Of a stretch of 64,000 nucleotides of DNA, positions 30,013 to 42,568 are shown piece after piece (the first letter of the stretch is position 1; every line of letters begins with the position of its first letter). The stretch covers positions 22,779 through 86,778 of the forward strand of contig CAWDMF010000006.1 of assembly GCA_963803185.1 (NCBI GenBank), in the 5' to 3' direction. The translations under genes were made by a program, and so were the position numbers. This DNA is from an uncultured Gammaproteobacteria bacterium (GTDB lineage: Bacteria > Pseudomonadota > Gammaproteobacteria > SZUA-229). The notes under the pieces are model-generated. The model saw nothing but the letters and a program-made list of their open reading frames with translations, ran no database searches and was not told the DNA's origin.

Positions 30013-31371
30013 TTATTTTTCAAACACTGCTATCGATTCAACATGCCCGGTATGCGGAAACATATTCATTATTCCGGCTTTAGTTAACTTATAACCCAGT
30101 TCGTTTACCATTACGGCAGCATCACGTGCCAGCGTTGCTGGATGACAGGAGACATAAACAATGGTTTCTGCCTGCATTTTTTTTAATGCCGGCAAAATTT
30201 CAGCGGCTCCTGAGCGCGGCGGATCCAGCAAAATCTTATTGTATTGTTGTTTTAGCCAGGGCGCGGTTAAAACATCATCGCTATACAAATCCGCATATAG
30301 AAATTCAACGTTAGCAATATTGTTAAGCAGTGCATTATCCCGTGCTTTTTTAACCATCACTAACGAACCTTCTACCGCCGTCACCTGTTTGCAATTAGCC
30401 GCCATAGCCAGCGCAAAATTACCTAAACCGCTGAACAAATCCAGCACCCTGTCAGTACTCTTTAAGGCCAGATGATTGACCGCATTAACAACCATCTGTT
30501 TATTGATTTCCGGATTAACCTGGATAAAGTCAGAGGGTTGAAATTCAATTTTTAGACTTTTACCAGCAGGACCGGCTTCCGCAAGCTTGTAATATAACGG
30601 TTCTGCCTGCTGCGGGTACAATAATTCCAGCTTATCCGGTTTGCCCGCCTGTAGATAACACAGCAGAGAGTGAAGCTGGCAAAAGTCGGATAATATTTGT
30701 CTTGTCGTCACTGACAAGTCCACTAAATGTCGAAACACCAGAACAGTCTGATTATCTCCGACAGCCACTTCTATCTGCGGGATACTCCTTTTCTCTTCAA
30801 GTTGATTTATACACTCTGCTAGTTCACTAATAATCTCACCTACCGATGGATGCAGTACTTCACAGCGTGTTGTTTCTGTAATAAAGGAAGAATTGCGCTC
30901 ACGAAAACCAACCAGCACTTTTTCCTTTTTGTGAACGTAACGCACACCCAGTCGCGCCTTATGGCGATAACCGTATTCCGGCCCTAATAATGGCTCCAGT
31001 ACTTCTTCCGGGCTCACCTGTAGATGCTTTAACTGGTCAAGCAGCATGTTTTGCTTGAGTTCAACCTGAGCAGCAGAAGCCATGTGCTGCAGACTGCAAC
31101 CACCGCACATTTCAAATGCACTGCATTTCGCTGCAACCCGCAGAGTTGAAGACTGTAAAACCTCAAGCGTGCGACCTTCAGCAATATTTTTAGTTAAGCG
31201 CGTGTATTTAAACAATACACGTTCACCGATTAAAGCCTGATCAATAAATACCGTACGATCATCGACATGGGCGATCCCTCTGCCTTCGTTAGACATCGCG
31301 GTGATTTCTGTTTCAACCGCTTCTTCCGGCAACCGCGATTTACCTCGTCGCCTTCCTCTTTTAGTAGACAT
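30013..31371 (-). CDS. rlmD: 23S rRNA (uracil1939-C5)-methyltransferase RlmD/RumA
   Basis: TRAM domain, 4-Cys cluster CSAFEMCGGCSLQH and a C-terminal SAM-methyltransferase (DLFSGLGNF...). 452 aa. Confidence 0.85.
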   Translation of the reverse strand: MSTKRGRRRGKSRLPEEAVETEITAMSNEGRGIAHVDDRTVFIDQALIGERVLFKYTRLTKNIAEGRTLEVLQSSTLRVAAKCSAFEMCGGCSLQHMASAAQVELKQNMLLDQLKHLQVSPEEVLEPLLGPEYGYRHKARLGVRYVHKKEKVLVGFRERNSSFITETTRCEVLHPSVGEIISELAECINQLEEKRSIPQIEVAVGDNQTVLVFRHLVDLSVTTRQILSDFCQLHSLLCYLQAGKPDKLELLYPQQAEPLYYKLAEAGPAGKSLKIEFQPSDFIQVNPEINKQMVVNAVNHLALKSTDRVLDLFSGLGNFALAMAANCKQVTAVEGSLVMVKKARDNALLNNIANVEFLYADLYSDDVLTAPWLKQQYNKILLDPPRSGAAEILPALKKMQAETIVYVSCHPATLARDAAVMVNELGYKLTKAGIMNMFPHTGHVESIAVFEK

Positions 31372-31410
31372 ACTTCATTATTTCACTTTGATTTTTCAAC
31401 AAAAAACATA

Positions 31411-31525
31411 TTGTCCACAGATGAACGCAAATGAACGCAAATATTTTTGTTATCACGCTTACGCGTGATAACCCTTAATAATATTTTTGTTTTAATTTGC
31501 GTTCATTTGCGTTCATCTGTGGACT
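31411..31525. repeat. Family-1 palindromic element copy
   Basis: TGTCCACAGATGAACGCAAATGAACGCAAAT ... central hairpin GTTATCACGC-tta-CGCGTGATAAC ... ATTTGCGTTCATTTGCGTTCATCTGTGGAC. Confidence 0.8.
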
Positions 31526-31549
31526 AAATTTTCTTTATTCTAGTTTTTA

Positions 31550-32449
31550 TTAACCAGGAAAAACACCAGTAGACAGATAGCGGTCACCACGGTCGCAGAC
31601 AATAGAAACGATGACGGCATTTTCAACCTGCTGACTAAGCTTTAATGCAGCCGCACACGCGCCACCCGATGAAACACCACAGAACAAGCCTTCTTTTGCA
31701 GCCAGCAGCCGCGTTGTTTCTTCTGCTTGCTGCTGACTCACATCCAGCGTGAGATCAACCCTGGCAGCATCAAATATGCCGGGCAGGTATTCCTCAGGCC
31801 AGCGACGGATGCCGGGGATTCGTGAACCTTCTTCAGGCTGCACCCCCACAATTTGAATAGCGGGGTTCTGCTCTTTTAAAAAGCGAGACACCCCCATAAT
31901 TGTGCCTGTTGTTCCCATGGAACTGACAAAGTGAGTGATTTTACCTTGCGTTTGCTGCCAGATTTCCGGCCCTGTACTGTGGTAATGTGCATCCGGATTA
32001 TCGGGATTATTAAACTGATCAAGCACAATACCTTTACCCTCATCCTGCATTTGCAAGGCCAGGTCACGCGCGCCTTCCATGCTCTGCTGCTGCGTCACTG
32101 AAATCAGTTCGGCGCCATAAGCTTTCATCGCTGCACGACGCTCTTCGCTCATATTATCCGGCATGATTAAAACCATACGATAACCCATTACCGCTGCGGC
32201 CATAGCCAGTGCTATACCCGTATTACCACTGGTGGCTTCAATTAAGGTATCACCCGGTTTGATATCTCCGCGTTTTTGCGCCTGCGTTATCATATTTAAT
32301 GCCGGACGGTCTTTCACGGAACCCGCCGGATTATTGCCTTCCAGCTTTAGCAGGATGGTATTTGAACTGTCAGTCAGCAGTCGCTGCAGGCGAATTAAGG
32401 GTGTATTCCCGATGGTATCGGCAAGCGTTAAGAACTTCATTTCATTCAT
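31550..32449 (-). CDS. cysM: Cysteine synthase (CysM-like)
   Basis: NTPLIRL...KLEGNNPAGSVKDRPA...TSGNTGIALAMAAA PLP-enzyme motifs. 299 aa. Confidence 0.8.
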   Translation of the reverse strand: MNEMKFLTLADTIGNTPLIRLQRLLTDSSNTILLKLEGNNPAGSVKDRPALNMITQAQKRGDIKPGDTLIEATSGNTGIALAMAAAVMGYRMVLIMPDNMSEERRAAMKAYGAELISVTQQQSMEGARDLALQMQDEGKGIVLDQFNNPDNPDAHYHSTGPEIWQQTQGKITHFVSSMGTTGTIMGVSRFLKEQNPAIQIVGVQPEEGSRIPGIRRWPEEYLPGIFDAARVDLTLDVSQQQAEETTRLLAAKEGLFCGVSSGGACAAALKLSQQVENAVIVSIVCDRGDRYLSTGVFPG

Positions 32450-32556
32450 TATTTGCTATAATTTTTGTTAATCTAACAGGGCGATTATGTTACTGTGTAG
32501 TGGTGTCGATATAATACATTAAATTACGCTTAGCACTTTATAAAAATACCCCTATT

Positions 32557-34668
32557 ATGACAGCTGAATTAGCCGCTAAAAGTAAATTATATAGCCTACT
32601 GCCTGGTTTCCTGTATTTATTCAGCTCGGCACCGCTGCTTGCCGCTGAGGATGAGCTTTTTTTCGAAATGCCTGTTGTGCTGTCGGCAAATCGACTGGAA
32701 CAACCCATCTCGGAGGCAGCAGTAAGCATGTCGGTGATTGACAGAGAGACTATCGAAGCCTCGGGCGCGAGAACGATTCCCGAAGTTTTACGCCTTATTC
32801 CCGGCATGCAGGTGGCTTTCAGTGGAAACCAGTTTGGCGATGAGCCCAAGTATGTCGTTACCTACCATGGCCACAGCGATCAATATTCCAGGCAGATGCA
32901 GGTACTTATTGATGGCCGCTCCATCTATGAACCTTTACTCGGCGGCATATTATGGAAATCCGTCCCGGTCAATATCGATGATATCGAACGTATCGAAGTT
33001 TCTCGCGGGCCTAACCTGGCGACCTATGGCTCTAATAGTTTCATGGCCGCAATTAACATTATTACCCGCACTGCAGCTGAAGATCAGGGTTCATATGTTA
33101 GAACCAACCTCGGCAACCATGATATTGCTGACCTGACATACCGCTATGGCGGCAGCAGCGGCAAACTTGATTACCGAGTTACAGGATCAACGCTTAACGA
33201 TGACGGACTCGATAGCGCTAATGCAAACAATTATCCAGACGACACCCGCAGTAACAATATTGATTACCGGCTCGATTACCAGATCAATAACCATAACAGC
33301 CTGAGTTACCAGGGCGGATTGGGCGAGAACCGCCAGGAGACAGATCGAAACCATGTTGATGGTGGCCTGCTGCCAACTGCACGCACGGTAGACAATACCC
33401 GTTTCTTTCAATTTATAAAACTGGAAAGTGTGGTCAATGCAGAAAATACGATACAGCTACAATATTATTACAACCTGTCCGATAAACAAGATAACTATGT
33501 ATCAGATGAAATAGATCCCGGCCCCTCTGCCGACACATTTACACTGGATTTAAATGATGATGTAAAAGCCGAACGACATAACCTTGAACTCACACAAATC
33601 ATCTATCCTGACAAAAACCTTAAGCTGGTATGGGGTTTAAGCACACAACTAGATCTGGTACGGGCACCGCTATCACTTGGAGTAGATGAGAAAATCGAAC
33701 ATCACCAGAATCGTGTTTTTGCCAATATCGAGTGGTATGTCAATCGAAAAAATATAATCAACCTTGGCGCGCTGGCAGAAAAAAATGACTTTAGTGATAC
33801 CGAGTTATCACCAAGACTATCCTTTACCCATGCGTTCAATGAGCAGCATAAAGTCCGGTTTGGTATTAGCCAGGCAATTCGCAGCCCATTTATTTATGAA
33901 GAAAGGGCCAATTTATTCTATTCACAGGAATTGACCGTCGACAACACACCTATAGGAATTACTCTAGTTGATCAACAAATCCTCGGAAATACCGAACTGA
34001 AAAATGAAAAAATAATCAGCCGGGAAATCGTATATTTTGGTGCATTTCTAAATTCAACACTGTTATTTAATGCCAGACTTTTCCATGATGACATTACTGA
34101 TTATATCGATACCTTAAGAGAAGATGCTGATACAACTATCGATAACGTACCTGACGACCTTGATGACTTTGGCATCCCCGGTGCAGCCAATACCGTACTG
34201 GTTTTTCAGAACCCAATCTCCAGCACCACTAACGGCCTGGAGATTGAACTGGACTACCACATCGACCCAACATTAAGACTTATCGCCAGCGGCGCTATCA
34301 TCAACATAAGCAGTAATTCAAATGCAATTGCACATTCAGCACCGCAGCATAGCTACTCACTGTTTCTCACCAAAAGGTTTAACGAAAAATACAATGGCAG
34401 CCTGGGTTACTATTATGTTGATGAATTCAAATGGACAGACGCACCCGATATTAGCCAGGCAGATGAAGTTTCAACTGACGAGTACCAGGCTCTTGATATG
34501 CGCTTATCCAGAAACTTTAAACTTAGCCAGACCAACGGCAGCCTGTCACTGGTATTAAAAAACCTGTTGGGTGATTACAGTGACTACCAGAAATACCAGA
34601 TCAGTAGCACAGCCCCTGTTGCCATCCAGAACACAGTGGCATATATAGATTTAAGGTTAAATTTTTAA
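32557..34668 (+). CDS. TonB-dependent outer-membrane receptor
   Basis: Signal peptide, a plug domain (VLSANRLEQPISEAAVSMSVIDRETIEASGARTIPEVLRLIPGM), a long beta-barrel and a C-terminal ...IDLRLNF. Confidence 0.85.
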   Translation: MTAELAAKSKLYSLLPGFLYLFSSAPLLAAEDELFFEMPVVLSANRLEQPISEAAVSMSVIDRETIEASGARTIPEVLRLIPGMQVAFSGNQFGDEPKYVVTYHGHSDQYSRQMQVLIDGRSIYEPLLGGILWKSVPVNIDDIERIEVSRGPNLATYGSNSFMAAINIITRTAAEDQGSYVRTNLGNHDIADLTYRYGGSSGKLDYRVTGSTLNDDGLDSANANNYPDDTRSNNIDYRLDYQINNHNSLSYQGGLGENRQETDRNHVDGGLLPTARTVDNTRFFQFIKLESVVNAENTIQLQYYYNLSDKQDNYVSDEIDPGPSADTFTLDLNDDVKAERHNLELTQIIYPDKNLKLVWGLSTQLDLVRAPLSLGVDEKIEHHQNRVFANIEWYVNRKNIINLGALAEKNDFSDTELSPRLSFTHAFNEQHKVRFGISQAIRSPFIYEERANLFYSQELTVDNTPIGITLVDQQILGNTELKNEKIISREIVYFGAFLNSTLLFNARLFHDDITDYIDTLREDADTTIDNVPDDLDDFGIPGAANTVLVFQNPISSTTNGLEIELDYHIDPTLRLIASGAIINISSNSNAIAHSAPQHSYSLFLTKRFNEKYNGSLGYYYVDEFKWTDAPDISQADEVSTDEYQALDMRLSRNFKLSQTNGSLSLVLKNLLGDYSDYQKYQISSTAPVAIQNTVAYIDLRLNF

Positions 34669-34683
34669 TTTACAGACCATATT

Positions 34684-35674
34684 ATGAATAAGACTGAACA
34701 AGGAGTTCTGCATCAAAGCAAGTTAAGACACTTGCTCATTCATATTCTGTTACTAATTACTTTCTGTTTAACACAGCCTGCATCGGCAGAAACATCAGCT
34801 GCAAACACAACACAGCAAGAAAAAAACACACAGAAGCATCATGTGTTTGTTATTTATTCTCCGGACAACACACTGCACTCAGAAATTATCCAGAAGCTAT
34901 CAGAAAATTTAAAGCTTAAACGTTCTGGCATCATTATTTCAGAAGTAACGCCTGAAGAAAAAATAAAAACAGTAAGCAGCAAAACTGACCTTATCATTGG
35001 CATCGGACAGGCAGGCATGTACAGTGCAAATAAACACTACCCGAAAACAAAAAAGTTATTTATCTCTACTGACCCGAATAAATACAAACTCGATAAAAAT
35101 AAAAACAAAAGATGCCATTTTATATATGGCCCAGCCCTATTGCAGACAGATTCGATTTATAAAACTGATCAACAATAAATGGAAAACCATTGGTCTGCTG
35201 AATAGCCAGGAAAAACCAATAGACACTAAAACCATACAGCAATGCGCTAAAAAATATAACCTGAAAACCTATTTTGCAAAAACAATAACTAATGAAGACC
35301 TGAAGAGCAGTATCAATAAAGTACTAAATCATTCTGATATACTGCTGGCACTTCCAGATAAGAATATATACAACAGTCAATCTGTTAAAAACATATTACT
35401 CACAAGTTACCGACACAGAAAACCTGTTATTGCTTTTTCCGAAAACTTTGTTAACGCTGGTGCACTTGCTGGTATTTTTAGCAGCACAGAACAAATTTCA
35501 AATAGTGCAAGCGACCTGGTTGAACAATACTATAAATCAGGCCAAAGATTTAAAAAATCGATCAATTACCCTCAGGAATACGATATAAATATAAACAGGC
35601 AAGTCTTCAGAGCACTTGATTTATCTATACCTGACCTTGATGATTTAAAACATGATCTTGAGCACTTAAAATAA
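34684..35674 (+). CDS. ABC-type substrate-binding-like protein (PF04392 family) with an apparent 1-nt frameshift near 35150
   Basis: Two overlapping ORFs, 34684..35178 and 34997..35674. The first carries a signal peptide and ...FIYGPALLQTDS; the second continues ...IRFIKLINNKWKTIGLLNSQ...VIAFSENFVNAGALAGI. Both match one PF04392-type protein. Confidence 0.6.
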
Positions 35675-35691
35675 ATAAGGCAAAAATTACA

Positions 35692-37257
35692 ATGAAACGA
35701 TTCGGCTTAAGTAATCAGATTATTATAATTTCTATTATTCCTGCAATCATTGTTGCAGCGGCCCTGTCTACACATCACATAATGGATCAGTTTCAGGCGA
35801 TTTCTGACACAGTGAACAATAATGGAAAGCTAATGGTAAAACAATTGTCACCAGCTGCTGAATATGCTGTCTTTTCAGGCAATATCAAACTCATTCAGCC
35901 ATTACTAAACACTATCCTGCAAAATGAATCCGTTCTACGTATACAGATATTAGACAAGAGTGATAACAGCATTCTTGACCAAAGAAAGCCTGATAAACCA
36001 GTTAAAAAAGTTAACTTATTATTTGAAAAATTAGTAGATACGAAAAAACAATATGTATTCAGCGAGCCTATCATTACAGCAGAGATTCCTATAGAAGATA
36101 ACGAAAACCCGTCAGGATTAATATCTGCTGACGAAATAATCGGCACAGTCATCATAACGATGACAGGAAAATATGCTGCTGAAGAAAAAATTCAGGAAAT
36201 TAAACATGCTATTTTAATTACCCTGTTAATTATTCTTCTATCTATACTTATTCTTATTCGAGTAAGCTTAACTATTACCAGACCGATAAAGTCACTCACT
36301 GAAACAGTAAGAAATATAACTGCAGGCAACCTGGATACATATATAGAATTAAATGCAACTGGTGAATTAGGCGTACTTGAATCTTGCATCAACCAGATGA
36401 AGAATGAGTTAAAAGAGTCTCGCACCGACCTTGAAATACAACTTGATGTTTTTACAGAAGAGCTACAACAAACGCTTGAAGAGCTAGAAATTAGAAATGC
36501 AGAGCTTGATATAACACGATCAAAAGCCATTTATGCAAACAACGCCAAATCTGAGTTTCTGGCAAACATGAGCCATGAAATAAGAACGCCATTAAGTGGT
36601 ATTATCGGTTTCACTGAATTACTGCAAGGCACCCATCTAACGGATGAACAAAAAGACTACTCAAAAACAATTCATAAATCTTCAATAGCTTTACTGGAAA
36701 TTATTAATGACATTCTCGATTTATCCAAGATCGAATCAGGTAAAGTAGAGATCTCCAGCAGTGAATTTAACCTGGTTGATATTATCGAAGACATAATAAA
36801 CTTATTAAGCCAGGCAGCACTGGATAAAAATGTTGAACTTTTTTACCGGATTGAAAAAGACCTCCCCACAATTATTCAAGCTGATTCATTTCGTCTACAC
36901 CAGATACTCACAAACCTGATCGGCAATGCAATCAAGTTTACTGATAAAGGCTACGTTTACCTTCAGGTCACGCAGGGAGAATTAGACAACAGCAAAAACA
37001 GCATTAAATTTACCGTATCAGATACTGGCATTGGTATGAGTAAAGATGTCAAAACAAAATTATTTAAAGCTTTCACACAGGCTGACACCAGCATCACACG
37101 CCGCTTTGGCGGCACCGGACTTGGCCTGGTGATTTCCAGAAAACTTACATTATTGATGAAAGGTGAAATCGGTTTTGACAGCACGGAAGGTGAAGGCTCT
37201 ACTTTCTGGTTCTGCGTACCGGTAACGTCGATACCTCAGGAGCAGAAAAATGTCTGA
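35692..37257 (+). CDS. Sensor histidine kinase (periplasmic domain, HAMP, HisKA, HATPase_c; no receiver)
   Basis: H-box MSHEIRTPLSGIIGF, N-box LIGNAIKFT, DTGIGM, GGTGLGLVIS. Confidence 0.85.
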   Translation: MKRFGLSNQIIIISIIPAIIVAAALSTHHIMDQFQAISDTVNNNGKLMVKQLSPAAEYAVFSGNIKLIQPLLNTILQNESVLRIQILDKSDNSILDQRKPDKPVKKVNLLFEKLVDTKKQYVFSEPIITAEIPIEDNENPSGLISADEIIGTVIITMTGKYAAEEKIQEIKHAILITLLIILLSILILIRVSLTITRPIKSLTETVRNITAGNLDTYIELNATGELGVLESCINQMKNELKESRTDLEIQLDVFTEELQQTLEELEIRNAELDITRSKAIYANNAKSEFLANMSHEIRTPLSGIIGFTELLQGTHLTDEQKDYSKTIHKSSIALLEIINDILDLSKIESGKVEISSSEFNLVDIIEDIINLLSQAALDKNVELFYRIEKDLPTIIQADSFRLHQILTNLIGNAIKFTDKGYVYLQVTQGELDNSKNSIKFTVSDTGIGMSKDVKTKLFKAFTQADTSITRRFGGTGLGLVISRKLTLLMKGEIGFDSTEGEGSTFWFCVPVTSIPQEQKNV

Positions 37258-38503
37258 ACTGGATGATAAAAAAATCGCGTTTGTTTGTAATCACTTCATC
37301 GCTAAACAGGCATTTAAAACATTATTTTCCAGCTGGCACTGCAGTGTAAACGACTATGTTCCAGCTGACCTGGATACCAGCTCTGGTCTCAGAGAAATCA
37401 ACCAGTCATATGACATCGTCATCGTATTGCTCAGCAATAAAGATTTAAATCAGGACGCAATCGGCATCATATTAAATAAACTTGAATTTTCTATACCATC
37501 ATTGTTAATAGCAAGCACGCAGTCACACACAAAACTAAAAAGCTTGCAACAGCACATTTTTAATAATGCAGTTTTTACCACTGAAAAAACTGAAGTAATA
37601 AAACAAAAATTAATTAGCATACTTGAAAAAGATTCACAGATGCCGGTTACTAAAAAAACAAATATTAATTCTATAAGCGAAATTGACTTGTCAAATATAA
37701 ATATAATGGTCGTTGATGATAATGAGATCAATCTTCGTCTTGTTGAAATCCTCTTAAATAAACATCGAGCTGGTGTAACAACTGCAAGCCTGGGCACACA
37801 GGCCATTGATTATGCCAGCATGAATGTTTATGACATAATATTTATGGATTTACACATGCCAGGTCTGGACGGTTATGAGACTGCACAGAAAATTCGTGAA
37901 CGTTCTCCTGGAAAACAACCTGTCATTATTGCACTTACTGCAAACGCTCTACCTCAGGAAAAAGACAAAGCCATTAAATCAGGCATGAATGGAATTTTAA
38001 TTAAACCAATTACTGACGCCATACTTCAAAAAGTGATATATCAGTGGGTATTAAAAAAACCGATAAACATTCAAGAATTAAATGACCCTAAAACAATCAA
38101 TGAAGATCAATCAAACAAAAGTTTAGACCATGAAAAAAATATCTTTTCTATCGCTATAGCTAAAGAATTTACTGGCGGTAATGAAGAGCTAGCCTACGAA
38201 TTATTTCGCATGTTACGTACTGAATTAGATGAATATAATAGAGCTATTTCTATAGCCGTTAAAAATAACGACTTAAAAGCGTTACGTGAGCAGGTCCACA
38301 AATTACATGGCGCAAGTCGCTGTTGCGGAACCACAGAACTGAAAAAAACAAGCAGTCACATCGAAAACTTAATCCATCAAAAAATTTCTTTTGATATTGA
38401 AAAAGAAACGCTTCCTTTACTCATCGCCATTAAGAACGTAGCAGACTACAAAATCACTGAAGTCCCGCCAGCTCGTCATCCTAACGAAGGTCAGAATCTA
38501 TAA
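37250..38503 (+). CDS. Phosphorelay protein: degenerate N-terminal receiver-like domain, canonical REC, C-terminal Hpt
   Basis: REC: IMVVDDNEINLRL...IIFMDLHMPGLDGYE...TANA. Hpt: LREQVHKLHGASRCCGTTEL. The start overlaps the kinase stop (ATGTCTGA). Confidence 0.75.
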   Translation: MSELDDKKIAFVCNHFIAKQAFKTLFSSWHCSVNDYVPADLDTSSGLREINQSYDIVIVLLSNKDLNQDAIGIILNKLEFSIPSLLIASTQSHTKLKSLQQHIFNNAVFTTEKTEVIKQKLISILEKDSQMPVTKKTNINSISEIDLSNINIMVVDDNEINLRLVEILLNKHRAGVTTASLGTQAIDYASMNVYDIIFMDLHMPGLDGYETAQKIRERSPGKQPVIIALTANALPQEKDKAIKSGMNGILIKPITDAILQKVIYQWVLKKPINIQELNDPKTINEDQSNKSLDHEKNIFSIAIAKEFTGGNEELAYELFRMLRTELDEYNRAISIAVKNNDLKALREQVHKLHGASRCCGTTELKKTSSHIENLIHQKISFDIEKETLPLLIAIKNVADYKITEVPPARHPNEGQNL

Positions 38504-38598
38504 AAACTATTCACCACAGAGACACAGAGAAAACCTTTTTATTGTTAGCAGCGTCTACGGCGCTGTTAACAAAGTAAGACTCTGTGTATCTGTGCTGA
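38504..38598. repeat. Family-2 palindromic element (arms CCACAGAGACACAGAG / ...CTCTGTGTATCTGTG) with a central near-palindrome
   Basis: Between convergent gene ends. The centre TGTTAGCAGCGTCTACGGCGCTGTTAACA is an imperfect palindrome. Related copies at 41580-41790 and 57145-57233. Confidence 0.7.
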
Positions 38599-38655
38599 AT
38601 AGTTTTTAAGTTTTTGACTGCCTGAATAGTGTCGATAACATAAGTTTATCTACAT

Positions 38656-39417
38656 TTATTTTCTAAACGTATTGCTGTCCGACCACCTTGCCTCTCGCAT
38701 TAATTTCTTATATTCACGTACAGCATTTTCCAGGCCCATAAAAACACTATCTGCTATAAGCGCGTGGCCAATATTAAGCTCTCTCACCATTTGCAAGCAG
38801 GCGATATCCTGTAAATTTTGCCGGTTCAAACCATGTCCGGCATTAACCTGCAAACCAATATTATCTGCATGCTCACAGGCAACAGTTACTTCATTAAGCA
38901 GTTGCTGTTGCTTCATGATAGTTTCTGCATCCGCATAGTGACCGGTATGAATCTCTATCACTGGTGCACCGGTTTTTTTTGCCGCATCTATTTGATGTAA
39001 ATCGGCATCAATGAATAATGAAACTTTTATACCTGCTTCAGCCAATTCTGTACAAGCTTCAGTTATAACATCCCGATATCGTATAACATCAAGACCACCT
39101 TCAGTTGTAAGTTCTTCACGTTTTTCAGGGACCAGGCAACAATCTTCAGGGTTCACATCACAGGCAATCGATACCATTTCACGGGTAACGGCCATTTCAA
39201 GATTCATCCGCGTCAGCATACGTTCTTTTAACAAATAGACATCCCGGTCCTGGATGTGACGTCGATCTTCACGTAAATGTAAAGTGATACTGTCTGCACC
39301 TGCCTGCTCAACCTGTAGTGCCGCACGCACAGGATCAGGATAACGTGTCCCCCTCGCCTGCCTTAATGTTGCTACATGATCTATATTTACGCCCAGGCCT
39401 AATTCACTCATTTTCAC
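38656..39417 (-). CDS. pdxJ: Pyridoxine 5'-phosphate synthase
   Basis: [23 protein letters not shown]-terminus. 253 aa. Confidence 0.92.
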   Translation of the reverse strand: MKMSELGLGVNIDHVATLRQARGTRYPDPVRAALQVEQAGADSITLHLREDRRHIQDRDVYLLKERMLTRMNLEMAVTREMVSIACDVNPEDCCLVPEKREELTTEGGLDVIRYRDVITEACTELAEAGIKVSLFIDADLHQIDAAKKTGAPVIEIHTGHYADAETIMKQQQLLNEVTVACEHADNIGLQVNAGHGLNRQNLQDIACLQMVRELNIGHALIADSVFMGLENAVREYKKLMREARWSDSNTFRK

Positions 39418-39535
39418 TTGTTTATGACTCCAGAGTATATGTATTCGGTTCGCACAATTTTACAGAATAGTGGCAAGATATGCTGTGGTGAAATGTTTTG
39501 AGTTTTCGACAGGCTATATAATAATAAATACTTAA

Positions 39536-41790
<2,255 letters not shown>

Positions 41791-41803
41791 ATATTATTAT
41801 TTT

Positions 41804-42565
41804 TCAGGTTTCGCTGGAAAGTTCGGGTGTTACGCTTTTATTATAATTCCTTACCTGTTTACGATAGTTTTCAGCATCCTGTTCTGTTAGCGTCTGGCGA
41901 TTGTGGTTACATAAACGCGCACCCAGCAAACCGGCTAATTGATAGCTGCGCTGCAACATTTCTGTTAAATCATCGAGTGGATCATTACCCTTGATTTTCA
42001 TAAAAACAGTCAAACCCGATGTTTTTAAATCGTGAATGGTTTCAGCATCAAAGTATCCCGGCTCCAGCATATTGGCAAGGCCAAATACATTACGACCGCC
42101 AGATTTGTAGTGAAATATATTCATCTCATCAAAGGTCAAACCCATAGCCTGAGCTGAACTATTTATCTGCGAACCGAGTAAGAACTTATCTTCATTAGGC
42201 TTACTTTTAGGCAGAATATATAAAACAATAAAATCTGACGGTGTTTCATCATCAGGTGACTCGGTAGACTGGTTTTCTTCTATGGGTTGATTTTCTGCAG
42301 CTACCCTTACAGGCGCTATATCTTCTTCATCCGGGTCTAATTCAACCTGCTCTGAGCCTGCACCAGTAATGATTCTGACTTCGCCAACACCTTCATCCAG
42401 GTCATCCAGGTTCCGCGCTGAAAATTCAGGCAGGCTGTCTTCCTGGCCATCTTCAAGTTCATCTACAAGCGAATGTTTACGTTGACGCCGGCTGCGTCCC
42501 AGCACATATATCACCAATACAAACACAATACCTGCTGCAAGCAATATCCATCGTAATGATTCCAC
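41804..42565 (-). CDS. zipA: Cell division protein ZipA
   Basis: N-terminal TM anchor, a charged/acidic linker and a C-terminal FtsZ-binding domain. Conserved smc-zipA-ligA order. Confidence 0.85.
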   Translation of the reverse strand: MESLRWILLAAGIVFVLVIYVLGRSRRQRKHSLVDELEDGQEDSLPEFSARNLDDLDEGVGEVRIITGAGSEQVELDPDEEDIAPVRVAAENQPIEENQSTESPDDETPSDFIVLYILPKSKPNEDKFLLGSQINSSAQAMGLTFDEMNIFHYKSGGRNVFGLANMLEPGYFDAETIHDLKTSGLTVFMKIKGNDPLDDLTEMLQRSYQLAGLLGARLCNHNRQTLTEQDAENYRKQVRNYNKSVTPELSSET

Positions 42566-42568
42566 GAT

